A stretch of DNA of 64,000 bases, from positions 10,819,224 through 10,883,223 of the forward strand of contig OZ199840.1 in the NCBI GenBank assembly GCA_964304625.1. The letters run 5' to 3'. This document shows positions 40,775-54,084 of the stretch, in pieces. The DNA is from Kudoa neothunni (lineage: Eukaryota; Animalia; Cnidaria). Position 1 is the stretch's first letter; each line of letters begins with the position of its first letter. Position numbers and translations under genes: made by a program. Under the pieces are notes generated by a model that did no database searches, was not told the DNA's origin, and saw only the letters and a program-made list of their open reading frames with translations.

Positions 40775-43700
40775 TATATTAATTATAGCTAATTCTGTCG
40801 GTGATATTAAAAGTTTTTCTCATATTATTTATTCATACAATTCCGTTAGTCTCATGGTCAGTATAACTGAGTAGTAGACGTAACATCAAAGCGTTAGAGA
40901 AATTATTCCTGTTTAGGTGCCATAAATTAAAGGAGATTATTATAATTTTCATCACAAAATTAAATAGAATTTATTTTTTTCAAACAGTACAAAATGCAAA
41001 TATAATCAGGTAAACCAATTAAATTTTTATATTTTAATTCTATCATGAAAATTTACGAGAGAATATCATATTAAACAAAAATTGTAGTAAATTTTTTCCC
41101 ACTCTAATATGATGATATGGTAGGTAACCTTTTTTTGAGCAATCTATTCGGGGGAGGTAATTAAAGGTATCAAATAATTCATTTAACCCTCCAAGCACGG
41201 CCAAAAATGGTTATAGATCCAGCCATTCTTTGGTTCAAATATAACACGCGGATACATTTTATAACTAAAAAAAATAACTTCCAACAATTTTGATGATAAA
41301 AGAGGGATTTATCAAACAAACTGACATATTCGAAAAAACTTATGCACACAAAAATATACTTCATTATCACGGACGACAAATAATTATGAGTAATCCTGAA
41401 TGTGATATATTGAACGAATTTTATTCAAATTAATATTTTAAAGAACCAAAAATATCTAACAAAACTTTTTGTTCTTTCTAAGTAACTGATTAAATACGAA
41501 TTTTTTATGGTTCGTTCATTAATTTATGCACTTTAAAAACCTTAAACATCCTATTTTCACGTTTTAATAAGGCCAATATCGACAAAATATTTTTAATCAA
41601 GGTCTAGACTTTGGAAACAATAATTTAAATCCTCTCTTTAAATTCACACATTTAAAGTATTTTTTATTTGCTCTTATTTTTGTTATTATATTACGATTGT
41701 ATTATGATATCATTTATTAGTTTTCCATGTTTTTAATCTCAATTTTATATTAAATTTTTTCTATAATAGACAATATTGTAAGACTAAATGAATTAAAATT
41801 AAACATAGTAAAAATAATTTACGAACGTGATTTATTCTTATATAACTAAAATAAAAAATGACTAATCGTTTGTTACAAGCATTGTCGTTGAAATAAATTT
41901 GTATTAATAAGGTTTTTTATACAAACCAGCACTTTGTGTTATTAATTAATTTAATTTTAGTATTCGTAAAATATTTATTTGTCTGTAGGGAAAAAAATAT
42001 TTCTAGTTTTTTTTAAGAAAGTAATGATTATAACAAACTTTATTTCAATTTTTAATATTATAGGCTGATAGATTTGATATGTAATAATTTAATTTCAATT
42101 ATTTTTAGTCATTTGGGTTTGACTATTTTAAATGTAAAATTTTAATGTATTAAATAGTTTATTTATTAAAATATCTTTAAAATATTGAGTTAGATTTGGT
42201 TTTTACTGAAAATATTAACAATTAGTATAAAAATATACCCCTAGAAAATTTTTAATAATTGCAATCAATTATTCATAACCCCTGGTGAGAGGACCTTTTA
42301 ATTTGTTAAATGACTAATGTACATACGAGCGGTGCTACCTACGACCGGCCCATTATTGTATATACAATCAAAATCAATGATATATAGGATTAATTTTTTT
42401 CTCCCCACCGATCCTGACCCAAACTGCACTCATAATAATTCAGTGTGTGTTAGTCAAAAGAATAATGAAAAACCAAAAAATATTAGAGGAAATTTTGTAC
42501 TGGATCCTGTATTAGGATTGAGAGAAAAATGGGAGAAATCTCATTTGTGTTCATTTATTTAAATTTATTCTTCTTTTTTAAAAATTCTTATAATCAGTAG
42601 TGGCAATAATTGAAATAATCCGAAATAATAAAATAGATACTCTGGGATATTTAAAAAAAAACAAAACGGAAAGTTTCCAATACACATTATTTTTTTTAAC
42701 AAAAACTAATGGCAACTCCCCATGTTCCTAAAAAAATAAAACAGTTCTATTACTAACCACCTTCTATTTCTATACAGACGTTGAAGAGATAAAACGAAAA
42801 AAATCCTGTTGATGTTCTGTAAGATAATATTCATAAACGAGAAATGTATAATGTTATTGCAACAACGCGTGTAAAAAATTATAAAAATAAGTTATCCATA
42901 TCAGTGTTCTATAAAATGATTTATATTAGCATGATCAGTGCATTTCATAATTATACAACTGTTTTCTGTGATCATAATAAGCCAAGAGTTAAATTTCTAG
43001 AAGAACCTACAGATAGTTTGGTGAATGATAATATTTAGAGAAACACAAATCGCGTTGATCAGCGTTACGCTTGCATACAAGAATTTCCTCGCGGTAAGAT
43101 TAGATGCTGTGATTAGTTGAATTCTTGGGACAGAAAAACGAGGGTTCTTTGTTGTTTATTGGGCCTACTTTTGTAAAAAAATTCAAAAATTACCTGCATG
43201 ATATATTCTAATAATACAAATTGAACCAATATCCATATTTAATATTTTATTTATTTTGAAAGTTTATGATAATCATGTTTTTTGGGATGTGATAATGAAA
43301 TTAATATATTTATGATTATTTATACAACTCTATTTATAAATGATGAAATATGCGTTGATTAAAAACCATAAGATTTAAAAAGAGGATTAAATCGTTACAT
43401 TCAATGTCCAATTTTACTTATTAAATGTTACGGTAGTGATCTTAAACATTCGACAGAGTACATTTGTGATATTTTTCAATATTTTATGGACAATGTTCTC
43501 CAATAATTTATTAAACGACTTATACGTTTTTCACACAACACAGATAAAAAATAGAGGGTCAATTGAGACCCAAACATAGAAAGTGTCAAGATGATTTTCA
43601 TCTTAAAGTTAAAATTAATAGTTACAATAGACATTTGAAATGTATTTCTCTTAGCGTAAGCGAAATACAAAACATTGAAAATTTTTCAAACGAAAGACAA

Positions 43701-43785
43701 ATATTTACATCCAATTATATTTTCTTAGCAAAACCTTAATATATTCCTCTATAATATGCTATAATTTACCTAAAAGTATATTTAA

Positions 43786-45100
43786 CCTTACAAGCGTTTT
43801 TGGGATCCAAATGGACCTCAGGTCCACTATCACCATAATTCACTGCTCACTGAAAATGTTAAATTTACTGGATCCAACCATTATTCTTTTAAAAGTTTCT
43901 ATATATTCATAATTTGGTTTTGAAATTAAGAATTTTTTGTTTTCTAGGATTTTATATCAAATACTTACACCAATCAGTTAATTTTGGGGTCGTTCTCGAC
44001 CCACGTTTTTATTTCACAAAACATTTATAAAATTATAAAAAAATAAAATACTTTACTCTCGAAAGGTTACACCCGTTAAATATTGAGAAAAATCAAAATT
44101 TTTGTTTCCGGCATTGAACGAGCGATTCCGATTGCTGTCGGCCGCTAGAAATATAAGAGTTATATGATGGTTTTCTAACAAGGTATAGTTCTGATTGTAG
44201 TGAAATTGAAGATATTATTGAATAATGTTTCTCTTCATCAATATGTGATAGTTCAGATGTTAATGGAGGCACCGACAAGTATAGTATAGGGCAAAATCAT
44301 TATGTTACGGTCTTCAGTTGCTCCTTCAAATACAAAAATCAAGAAAAAAAACAACTTAAACAAATCTTCAGGTCTGACTGAATTTGTAACATCCCGAATT
44401 TACAATTTACAAAACAGTTTTTCTATTTTTTTAATGATGAGTTTTTCAATGCTGTAATTATTCAAACTAATAAAGTGGGACCTTCATTACGGAATTAAAT
44501 GATAAAATCTGAATATAGTGCAATCTAGAGTGTACATGGGAATTCTTGTGTAATAATAGCCTATCTTTAAATCCAAAATGAAGTCTCTTAAGCAATTATG
44601 GAGCTTGAATAAAGGATATCATGTACTTCTTAGAATCATGCTGCTTTATAGATTCATCCAAATAAACAGAAATGTACACATGATATTTTCGTTTATCTTG
44701 GAAGAAATAATGGCCAGATTACCAAATATGTTGGTGAAAAGGTTCTTTTAGATCTCTCGTCGCACTTCAAAAGTTAGTAGAAACATTTTTTGTGATAATT
44801 TTTCCACTTCGATTCCGTTGACAAACAAACTTCTTAACCTAGGTTTAACCTTTTTGGAGACAATCCAACATAATAAACGGGATATCTCATTAATTCTTAA
44901 AATCAAGTTATCGTCGATTATAACAAAACTAAGGTTGTGTGGATACGGTAGATAGTATTCCGTCCACGATAAAAAAGTTGTACTTTATGCGCTCGACTCT
45001 CTGATACAAAAATAAAGAGCAAAAGTTATAACTGCTCCGAACATTCGAGAATTATTTGTTAGGCACGGAAACAAAGAATGACCAACAAAATTTATTTGGT
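43786..45100 (+). mobile_element. Decayed piggyBac element (right end not identified)
   Basis: Left end TTAA|ccttacaagcg..ggatccaaatggacctca resembles those at 13313 and 50010. Transposase remnant RNIFCDNFSTSIPLTNKLLNLGLTFLETIQHNKR is present. Confidence 0.7.
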
Positions 45101-46779
45101 TGCATATTATATTTTTAATTATTAATCCATATTTTATTAATATCAATTAGTTAATATTGTATTTTATAACATTTCAAAAAATGTTATTAAAAATTATAAG
45201 AATCGGTAAAATCTGAATCATGTCGTTGCCGGTGAACATATTTATTTTCAGATATTATTAGAATTTTGGCGAATTCGACCATCCTTTTAGTATCTATATG
45301 ATCTGGTGAAAAGATCATAAGATAGATTAAAATATAATTTCATCAATATTTAGTCATGTAAAATTGATAAATATCTATTCGGTGGACATAGGTTATCATC
45401 GCCGTTCAAGTAAATTATGATTATTTCGTTCTCGCTCCGGTAAAAAATTTTTTTAAAGAAAGTAATGATATTTCATAATATTTTAGATCAAAATAAGAAA
45501 TAAAAATCTGATGTCCTCCTATACCCTAAAATTGCTTTTTGTATAGTCGTTGTTGGCATGCTTGGAGAATTGAATACTTCTGGATGCGCCGAATATATAA
45601 AAAATATTCATTAACAAAAGATATAGTCCAAAACAAAAATTCCATAATTTAAATTTCTTTATATTTTTTAAGGAACTTAAAGTATCTTTTATAAAAAATT
45701 TAATCGAGCGAGCCTGGATTAATTTTCACCTCGAGTTGGTTAAAAAATATCATTTTCGTGAAATTTTAAAAATTAAATTAAAATTTTTTTATATTTTAAT
45801 GTAATAACAATAACTCTGAACATTCATTGATACTATAATAAATCTCTCCTAAGTCTCCTAAGTACGTGCTCTTGCATGCTAATTCAATGTATACGACGTA
45901 TAACATTGGTCCCCAAATTAAATCAGTATTTAACTGTGAGTTTTTACACATAAAAGACATACATTCAAAAATTAGCTCTTGTTTCCTTTTCGATGCCTTC
46001 GTTACGTTCCATAGACAGGAATGGTGCAAATATTTGACTTAGTTTAAATATTAATACCAAATTTGAAATTTTTAGGTTGTATTATTGAAGGATAAACATA
46101 AAAATGTTACTTGAACAATTATTTTGTTATATAGAGATTCAACAGTTAGAGTTGAAAATTCTTAGAAATATTCTTTAATAAGAAAAACGTCATTTAATAT
46201 TATTGAACATACGTAATTATATTTTGAGTTCGCATTGTAAACATGTTTTAATACTGGCCAACCATTAAAAATAAAAATAAAATTTCTATTGGTATTTTTA
46301 ATTTAATAATTAGATATCAATATTCAACCATTATAGAAATCATACGGATATTCAGTTCTGGAAACAATCACGTATATAAAATTTAGTTTATGTCCACTAA
46401 AAAATATATGTTCTAATAAAGTATGATTCTACATATAACGTCATTACTTATACATCAATTGGATTCTAATCGTAAAAGGTGAAGGGCGTATAACCTGCTT
46501 AGAATGTATCTGTGACCTTGAGCGGATGCACTTTAGAAGAATTAGATATAAAATAAAATACTTCATTAATAAAATTATTACCGGTTCAAATCAATACCAA
46601 AATTGTAAGTAGATTTTATTTATTGATACATGTGATTTATTTTATAAACTTAGGATAACTGACTAAATTTGGATTTATTTCAAATAATTTTCTTAAATGG
46701 ATAATCATTAAAATAAAATTGATGATTATATACATAATTTATTTAAACGTAAGTATTTACCTTTAAATCGTATAAGAAG

Positions 46780-49163
46780 GTGACACGCAATTACAGTGTT
46801 TGGAGCCTTGTGTTTTTATTTGTTGATTCTACTAAATATTCCTTCAAAAGCATCCCATAAAACTTCTAGTGTAACTTTATTTTGTTATACTAACTTGATC
46901 GATTTTTAGAGACATTATCTAGTATTGGTGCTATCATTTTCTGACAAGGATTTTTACAAGGTTGAGGTAGACTATAACCAATAAGACGAAGTACATGACC
47001 AAAGGTGGAGATAGTAATAATTAATTACAATTGTTTGTATTATTATATACTATGCATAAGTTCCGTATAAGATATTTGGTTGGAAAAATTCCAGTAGAAT
47101 TATTGGCGAGTTAAAAAACGCATTTGAAAACGAATATAAAAACTTAAATGTTCAGTCGAATGCTTCAGTGAAGTTGATTGTTGTAACAACTGACGAATAT
47201 CGAATATTATCGTAAAGATTATATAATTAAATAAATAACTGAAATCGGTAACTATAGAAAAATAAATACCACCGAAAATAATAAAACAAATAATTACATC
47301 GAGCAAGCAGTAAAATTAGCGAATAATTTCCCCCGAGATATTATATATTACCATCTAACCCCGTCGGATGAAGCATTCTTAAATTTATATTCTAAAAATG
47401 CGGTAATTTAAATTTTCGTTTAAAATTTTTATGATTTAAACTTTCAGAAAAATCAAAAATCAATATATTTTTTTATGAAGGAGTATAGTATTTATTTGGG
47501 TTACACATCAACATCCAATAAATCGAAAAACTATATGTCGAAATTCGCTCTAAATAATAATATAAATAATACGGTTTCTTTTACCTTTGATTGTTATGGA
47601 TATGAGACAATGGAAATTCTTACCAATAATCATTTACTTTATGTACGTGACAATACTCCTGTATCAATGGTGTTACTGTTATATAGGAATGGTGTTCCAA
47701 CACTGAGAGAAACAGTTACTATATTGTAAACCCATGCTATCCAAATAATTATAAGACAAAAATAAATTTATTTAAATCGAAAAGTTATGAATTATGTGGC
47801 CATAAATATTACTCCGATGCAAATAAATGCGAGGGTCTTATAATAGGAAGATACAATGAAACAAAGTGTTATGATTTATTGGAGAATATAACAAATACCA
47901 ACCATATACATAACAACTATACATATGAATCGCCCTTGAATTTAAATTCTTCATTGATGAGTATCTTATATGATGGAGAAAATGTATTCAATTATATTTA
48001 ATACAATAAACATAGTCATTCGTTTCTAATCTGTTGATATATTATGTAAAATCATTTTGGTAAATAATTAATTTAATAAATTTTTATGTTTAACTGATCA
48101 TATAAACAAGATAAATAATCTAACTATGAAAAATAAATTAATAATTAAACAATTCCAAATGATATTTATGAGACTAAACTATAAACACTCGTATTCTATC
48201 TTCTTTATTATAACGATTGAAATATAGATCAAAGAATATGTAAGATTTGTTGGTTCCCCGTGGGATTATGATACTAGAAACATCATTGATGGTAAAAATA
48301 ATCGTTATTGCGAGGGATCAAATAATAAAAAAGACAATGTAAGTATATTTATACAGTATATCTGTATTTAAAAATCTAATAAAAAGGCAAAGAATTGTTA
48401 TCGAGCTTCATATATAAGATTCATCTTGAAAAAAATGAACCTTACTAAAAGAATATGGTTAAAACATGTATTCAAATTCATAATAAATGATCAATATGTC
48501 AAATAAATTAAGGATGATATATATAATATGATAAAGAATATTATGTGATTTTCCAACAGTTTTGAAAGGATTGAGGAATTAGGTATATTTTTATTTTTTT
48601 CATTGATGAAACCCCGATAATATACAATATTGTACAGTGATAAGTAACAATACAACTAAAATAACTATCTCAACAAGCTCCAAACACACATATCCGCACA
48701 AAACTGAAGAAACTATAAAAGATAAAAACAAAACTATTCAGCTTCCATCTTCTGATACTTTCAAGGAAGTTTCGCCCTCATCAATCAACCCATCCGCTAA
48801 CAACTCTTCTACTTCTAACAGTGATAACTTCACCGCAGATACTTCGATTGTCATCGATGATTCATCAACTGTATTTAATTCTTCTGAAAATATAATTTCA
48901 AAGAAAAATACCAGGAATGATGATAACGGTGGTTACTTATTGATTTAACAATGTTATCATTAGTATCAAATAGGGGTGCCGTCAACAAAAATTGTAGAAA
49001 ATATACAAAAACCAGCACGTAACAAACTACGAAATAAAAAAAGAATAAATTTATAGTTGGAATGATTTTTTGTTTAATATGTTTGACAATATGTGCATTA
49101 GTAACTGGTATCATTGTGTCCAAATGTCCCGTGTCAAGACAATCAAAAGATTACGTGTTATGA
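46780..49163 (+). pseudogene. CD39/NTPDase-fold paralog 4, probably pseudogenised
   Basis: It has the same exon series (HYLVLVLSFS, LIVVTTDEYRILS, YYHLTPSDEAFL, TFDCYGYETMEILTNNHL, NPCYPNN, CYRASYI, stalk, TM). The start aligns to GTG and is out of frame, exon 2 has a 2-nt deletion versus paralog 3 (~46962) leading to a stop, and the A7 run at 49036-49042 is shifted. Confidence 0.65.
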
Positions 49164-50009
49164 AAGCTTCTCTTTAACTAATAATTATAATATTGCCTAT
49201 CTTATTTGTTATTAATATTACATAATTTATTGTATTCTTAAATAGAGCGCATTTGATTGATTTTTGCTAATGATTATTAACTGTAGTGATTACATGAATA
49301 AAATTACATAAATTTTTGATATTGCGGAATTATCAGCTTCAGAGAAATTATAAAAATTTAAAAAGGAGATGAAACCAAATTGATGAGATGTTGAATAGTC
49401 CTCGCTTTTCCTTGGATGACTATTTTTTACAATTCATGTAAATAATTTGACCAAAAATATGGAGATTTATTATAAAATGACAACATTAATTATTTTAATA
49501 TTCTCCTGAGTATTTGACTTAATAAACTATTACTTTTTCAAACAGTTATTTGGGATGAGATAATATAATTTATGTGAATTTATTTTATTTCCAATTGATA
49601 GACTAAATAAATCTACAGTAATGCAGGGATAATACGCATTTTTCTAAGACAAAACATTTAGATGCGTAGTACCCCTGCAGTACGCAATATCCATGCTTCT
49701 TCGCGCATTATGCCAGATAGACCTTCGTGACACCGGCACCAAGTCGCATTTTGTAGTTAACAATTACATTTTCTTTCCTATAGTGATGGCAAATTGTAGA
49801 CATTTAGAAAAAGTTTAATATTAAACACAAAACAACAAACAAAATAAATAAACTATAATAAACCAAAAATATATTTTTTTTTAAATAGCCTATTTTTTAG
49901 AAATCTTTTGTGAATCATGCCTTATTTTACAAACGTGGAGGTTTAATTTCGCTGAATTTTCTAGTATAGATTGGACATGAGCAAAAATATCTTTTCTCAA
50001 TTAATTTAA

Positions 50010-53000
50010 CCTTCCGAGTGCCTTTGGAGTCTATTAGACCTCAAGCCATATTAAAACTTAGTTTTTTACCCTTCTAATTAACCAAGTTTTCTAAAACTCT
50101 TTTTATTCTTAGAAAATTTCTTTACTGTATGTCTGTCAAAGAAGTTTTGAATTATTATTTTATGTATAATATTATAATAAGTTGGAATTTATAATATTAG
50201 CAAAATCTATAGACGAGAAAAAGAGAAAAATGTAATATACTTCTCAGCGAGTTCATACGAGCCGCGTTTATTACGGAAATTTGGCCTCATGGAAGTCTTT
50301 AACGAAATATATTCTGCCGATTATAATTCCGTCTTCAGTGAAATCATTGATACCTCTGATTTTATTGATTTTACCACTAATTAATCCGAATATGATGACA
50401 ATTACCTTATCTGGGTTGAAGAAGCTTTAAAAAAACTCCAAACCACTAAAAGAAAGCTTTTTAAGGAAGGCCTTTGATCTTAATAATGTTGGAACTCTTA
50501 TTAGATTTCATATAACGGATTTTTGGCATATTTTTGGGTGGTAATTTTTACAGAAATGTTGCGTGTAATGCTATTAGGTTTGACTTTCATTATTATAATC
50601 ATTGTTGTAAAGAGTTTTCAGTTATTGAAAATGGTTATTACCATGGTTAGAACACTTAAAGCTAATAAGAGGCCTGTTTCGCGTATAATGAAAAAAAGTA
50701 AAACAGGGGATTCATTTAACCCACTTTTTTTGAATGACATGAAAATTCTAGCCTCTTAAACCCATAAAATAATAAGGATTTGTTAATTTTAGCCAATTCA
50801 ACAGCTTATATAAATATATTGAATGGTGAAAAATAGAAGCCAGGTAGCATCAATTATTATAACAAAATTAAATGAGCTATTGATACGATTTGTTGGATTT
50901 TCACCTCCACAAGTTTAAAAAGATATTCCAGACGCGGGATAGGGGTTATTTTTTATAATATCGACATAAATCTCTTAAACGCATTTTGCTTATACAAAAT
51001 TATATTCAATGATGGAAAAATCAAAAGAGCTAAATTTTTGAAGAAACTCGCTAGAACGTTCCTTCGACAATTTCTTAGCTATAAATTAATATCTAAACCA
51101 AGAGCAGGATATCCAAATAGCACCAATGTTGTTCCAAAAAATCCCGTAAACAATTCGCTGTAAGCCCCAAAAACAGTGATCGTAAGACAATGCATATGTG
51201 TTGTATGTAAGAAATATTGCTGTGAAGAACATTCCGAATGTGCTTGTTTTAACAATACTTTAGACACAAATAAATGTATGGATTACATTATAATTATCAT
51301 ATTTTTGCTGAATGAGATTTCTGTTTTTACGTACGTAAGTAATAAATTGTTAATTAGAAGCAGAGCATCGATTTTATTGTAGATCTGATAGAATTAATGA
51401 TACTATCGTTCGCTTAAACTCACAGATAATAATAATAATAATAAATAGGGAAGGTCACAGAAAGAAAATTTTAACTTTTACATTGATATATGCGTTAAGT
51501 TGAACATTGGAGACCTTTTTAGTCCATTTTGTTGATAAATATTTGCTGTGCCGAAAAGTTTTAATCTAATTCATTTTATACGAGATAATCTAAAAACATT
51601 ATTTTAAATATTATTGAAAGTTCTTCTTAAATAATATTTCGTAAAAATTTAGTTTACAAGAATATATAGCCTTAAACATTGTTCTGACGATATCAGAAAC
51701 CCTCGCCGCCCCATGTTTTTTGCGTGATGAAGTTTTAAAAATTATTTCAACTCATAATATTAAATAAAAAAGTGGGTCTAAGTGTATAAAGTTATGCAGG
51801 GATACTACGCACTTTTTCTGGCTTTTTTATTTATTCCCACATCGCACTAATAGTAACTAAAATAGAGAGATGTGAAAAATTTCCGTAATAATTTTTTTAC
51901 TGTTCACAGAGTATTTTTAAAATAATGAATGCATATTGAGACAGAATTAATTTTTCAACGAGAAATTTGTTATTTCTCTGGTTTTAAACAAAGTTTACTT
52001 TATTTTGCAAAACGAAACATTTAACTTTTTAATGTGTTCATTTTTAGACTAACTCTCGAAGCAAACTCATGGAACTGTTCTCGACCGACAGTTATAGGAG
52101 TGTTGCCTTACGTGTCGTTCTTTAATCCATTGGCAAATTTATTTTCCTATTATATTGTACTCTCTGGACAGCTTTATATTTCTCGTTCTCGGAAGTTCAA
52201 TCCATTCATTCTTTTATCGAGTAGTTTGAATTTTTTTACAAGAGTTTTGTGATAAAATATTAAATCATTAGAAATAAAGTCTGAAAATATTTTCTATTTT
52301 GTTTATACAATTGTATTCAATCTGGTGTCTTATGTAAGGCCGGAGTACCTAACGATGTTCGCATTAGAGCCATTTTTAGTTCCTAATTTTTCCAGTTATT
52401 TAATAATCTACACGTTTTCTTAAAGTAAGCGATAATTTTTCCTATTTTCCTACTGAGTACTCCAAATTTCAGCAATCGTCGATACCAATACCATGTTCTA
52501 AGCAGGCTCAAATGTTAAATTTCAATTGTTTTACACGTTTGTTGTATTCTAATGAGACTACTCCCAAATTTTTAGTTATTCAAAAAAAAATTTTAATTCT
52601 CTAAAATTTACTGATTTTATTTAATAAGGGAACCTAACTGATTGTAGTAATGGTAAAGTACGCGGCACCTAAAAAGCGTCCTCATGTGCATTTTTTCGCA
52701 TTTCCTTTTTTACGATTCTTGATAATAAAATAAAATACTTTGTGAATTTTTGAATATAATAATTAATGAAGTAAGATTTTTTTTAGTTTATAAATTTTTT
52801 TATTAAGATTTCGGCTAGAAATTAAGAAAATCTTCAGTTTTTATTCTTAAAATCCAGGAACTTAATTTAAAAAAATGGTTATATTAATTTTATTAACTTG
52901 AAGTAAGTGTAACACATTGAAAAAAAATTTAAAACCGATATTTTGATTGTTTTATAAGTTTTTTTACATGCCAAAATTTCCTAACAATAAATTCGACAAA

Positions 53001-54084
53001 ATATACTAATTGTGAATATTTCATGGTGTAAACACAGCACGTTAACTAAGGTTATTATTTTTTATTGGTACATATATAATTCATTAAAACGAATAATTTC
53101 AAAGAAATAACAATTTTTTTGTTTTAGTATACCTACATTTTTACGTTTATCGAATGCTATACTAAACAAACATGTAAGAATTCCTCCTAAAAGATGATAC
53201 TTCCAATAATCTGCCTTAATTTATTTCTCCAATGAAATTAAATGTTGATTAACTGACGAAAAAAATCATCAGCTCCAAGAAATTTAAGAAATATTTTAAA
53301 ATTTTTTCCTCACCCTTCAACTATTCGTTCTTAAAACCTATAAAAAATTATATAATTAAATTTTATATTGTAAAATTTGTGTTTATATGGTAAATAATAT
53401 GAAATTGAATCAATTTATGAATGATTATCAAAACAAATTAGGTAACAATTCAATGTTTGTTGAAAAAAGATGGAGATTAAACATGTACCCGACTGCGGTC
53501 GGATGAAAAATTCTCAAAATTTTGAAGTTATTATTTTATTTTATTATCAAGAATCGTGAAAAAGAAAATGCGAAAAATGCGCATGAGGACGCTTTTTAGG
53601 TGCCGCATACTTTATCTGATATTTTATTGACAGACCTAATGAATATTGCAAACCTAATATTTTTTAGTACTATTCAATATTCAATGGTGAAATGTGTAAA
53701 AATTTATAAAAATGTAAGAATAATTTTAAAGAGCCAATTTAAAGATATGTTGATACATTTTAATGTAATTTGACACATTATTCTTCATTATATACTGGTT
53801 TTAAAAAACGAAATTTTATTGGTATCGGAGCAACTCTAGTACTAACCATACCAATGTAATCAAACAATAGATTTCAGATGCGCAACAAGCATGCACTCCT
53901 ATTTTTCCAAACGAAAAAATGATTTCATAATTTTCTTTATTGATGTATTTTACTCTTATCTCACGATTTATACAAATAGTTAATTCGTATATTTTGAATT
54001 TTCGACACTATTTCTAAAGTGTACAATAACGATGCTACGTAATCACTCCGCGTTACTGTAATCAATTTTGAAGCGTTCGGAAGG
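50010..54084 (+). mobile_element. Decayed piggyBac element
   Basis: TTAA|ccttccgagtgc ... gcgttcggaagg|TTAG termini. Transposase remnants GLTF..TLKANKR and C-terminal Cys-rich domain CICVVCKKYCCEEHS are present. Confidence 0.8.
52656..53612. mobile_element. Tc1/mariner-type MITE with long TIRs
   Basis: About 80-bp inverted repeats aagtacgcggcacctaaaaagcgtcctcatg... / ...catgaggacgctttttaggtgccgcatactt, with TA on both flanks. Confidence 0.85.

Noticed and set aside
19216-49163. Calling the array genes ENTPD1/CD39 orthologs
   Set aside because: Apyrase-conserved regions are missing and orthology cannot be shown without a search, so no symbol was assigned.
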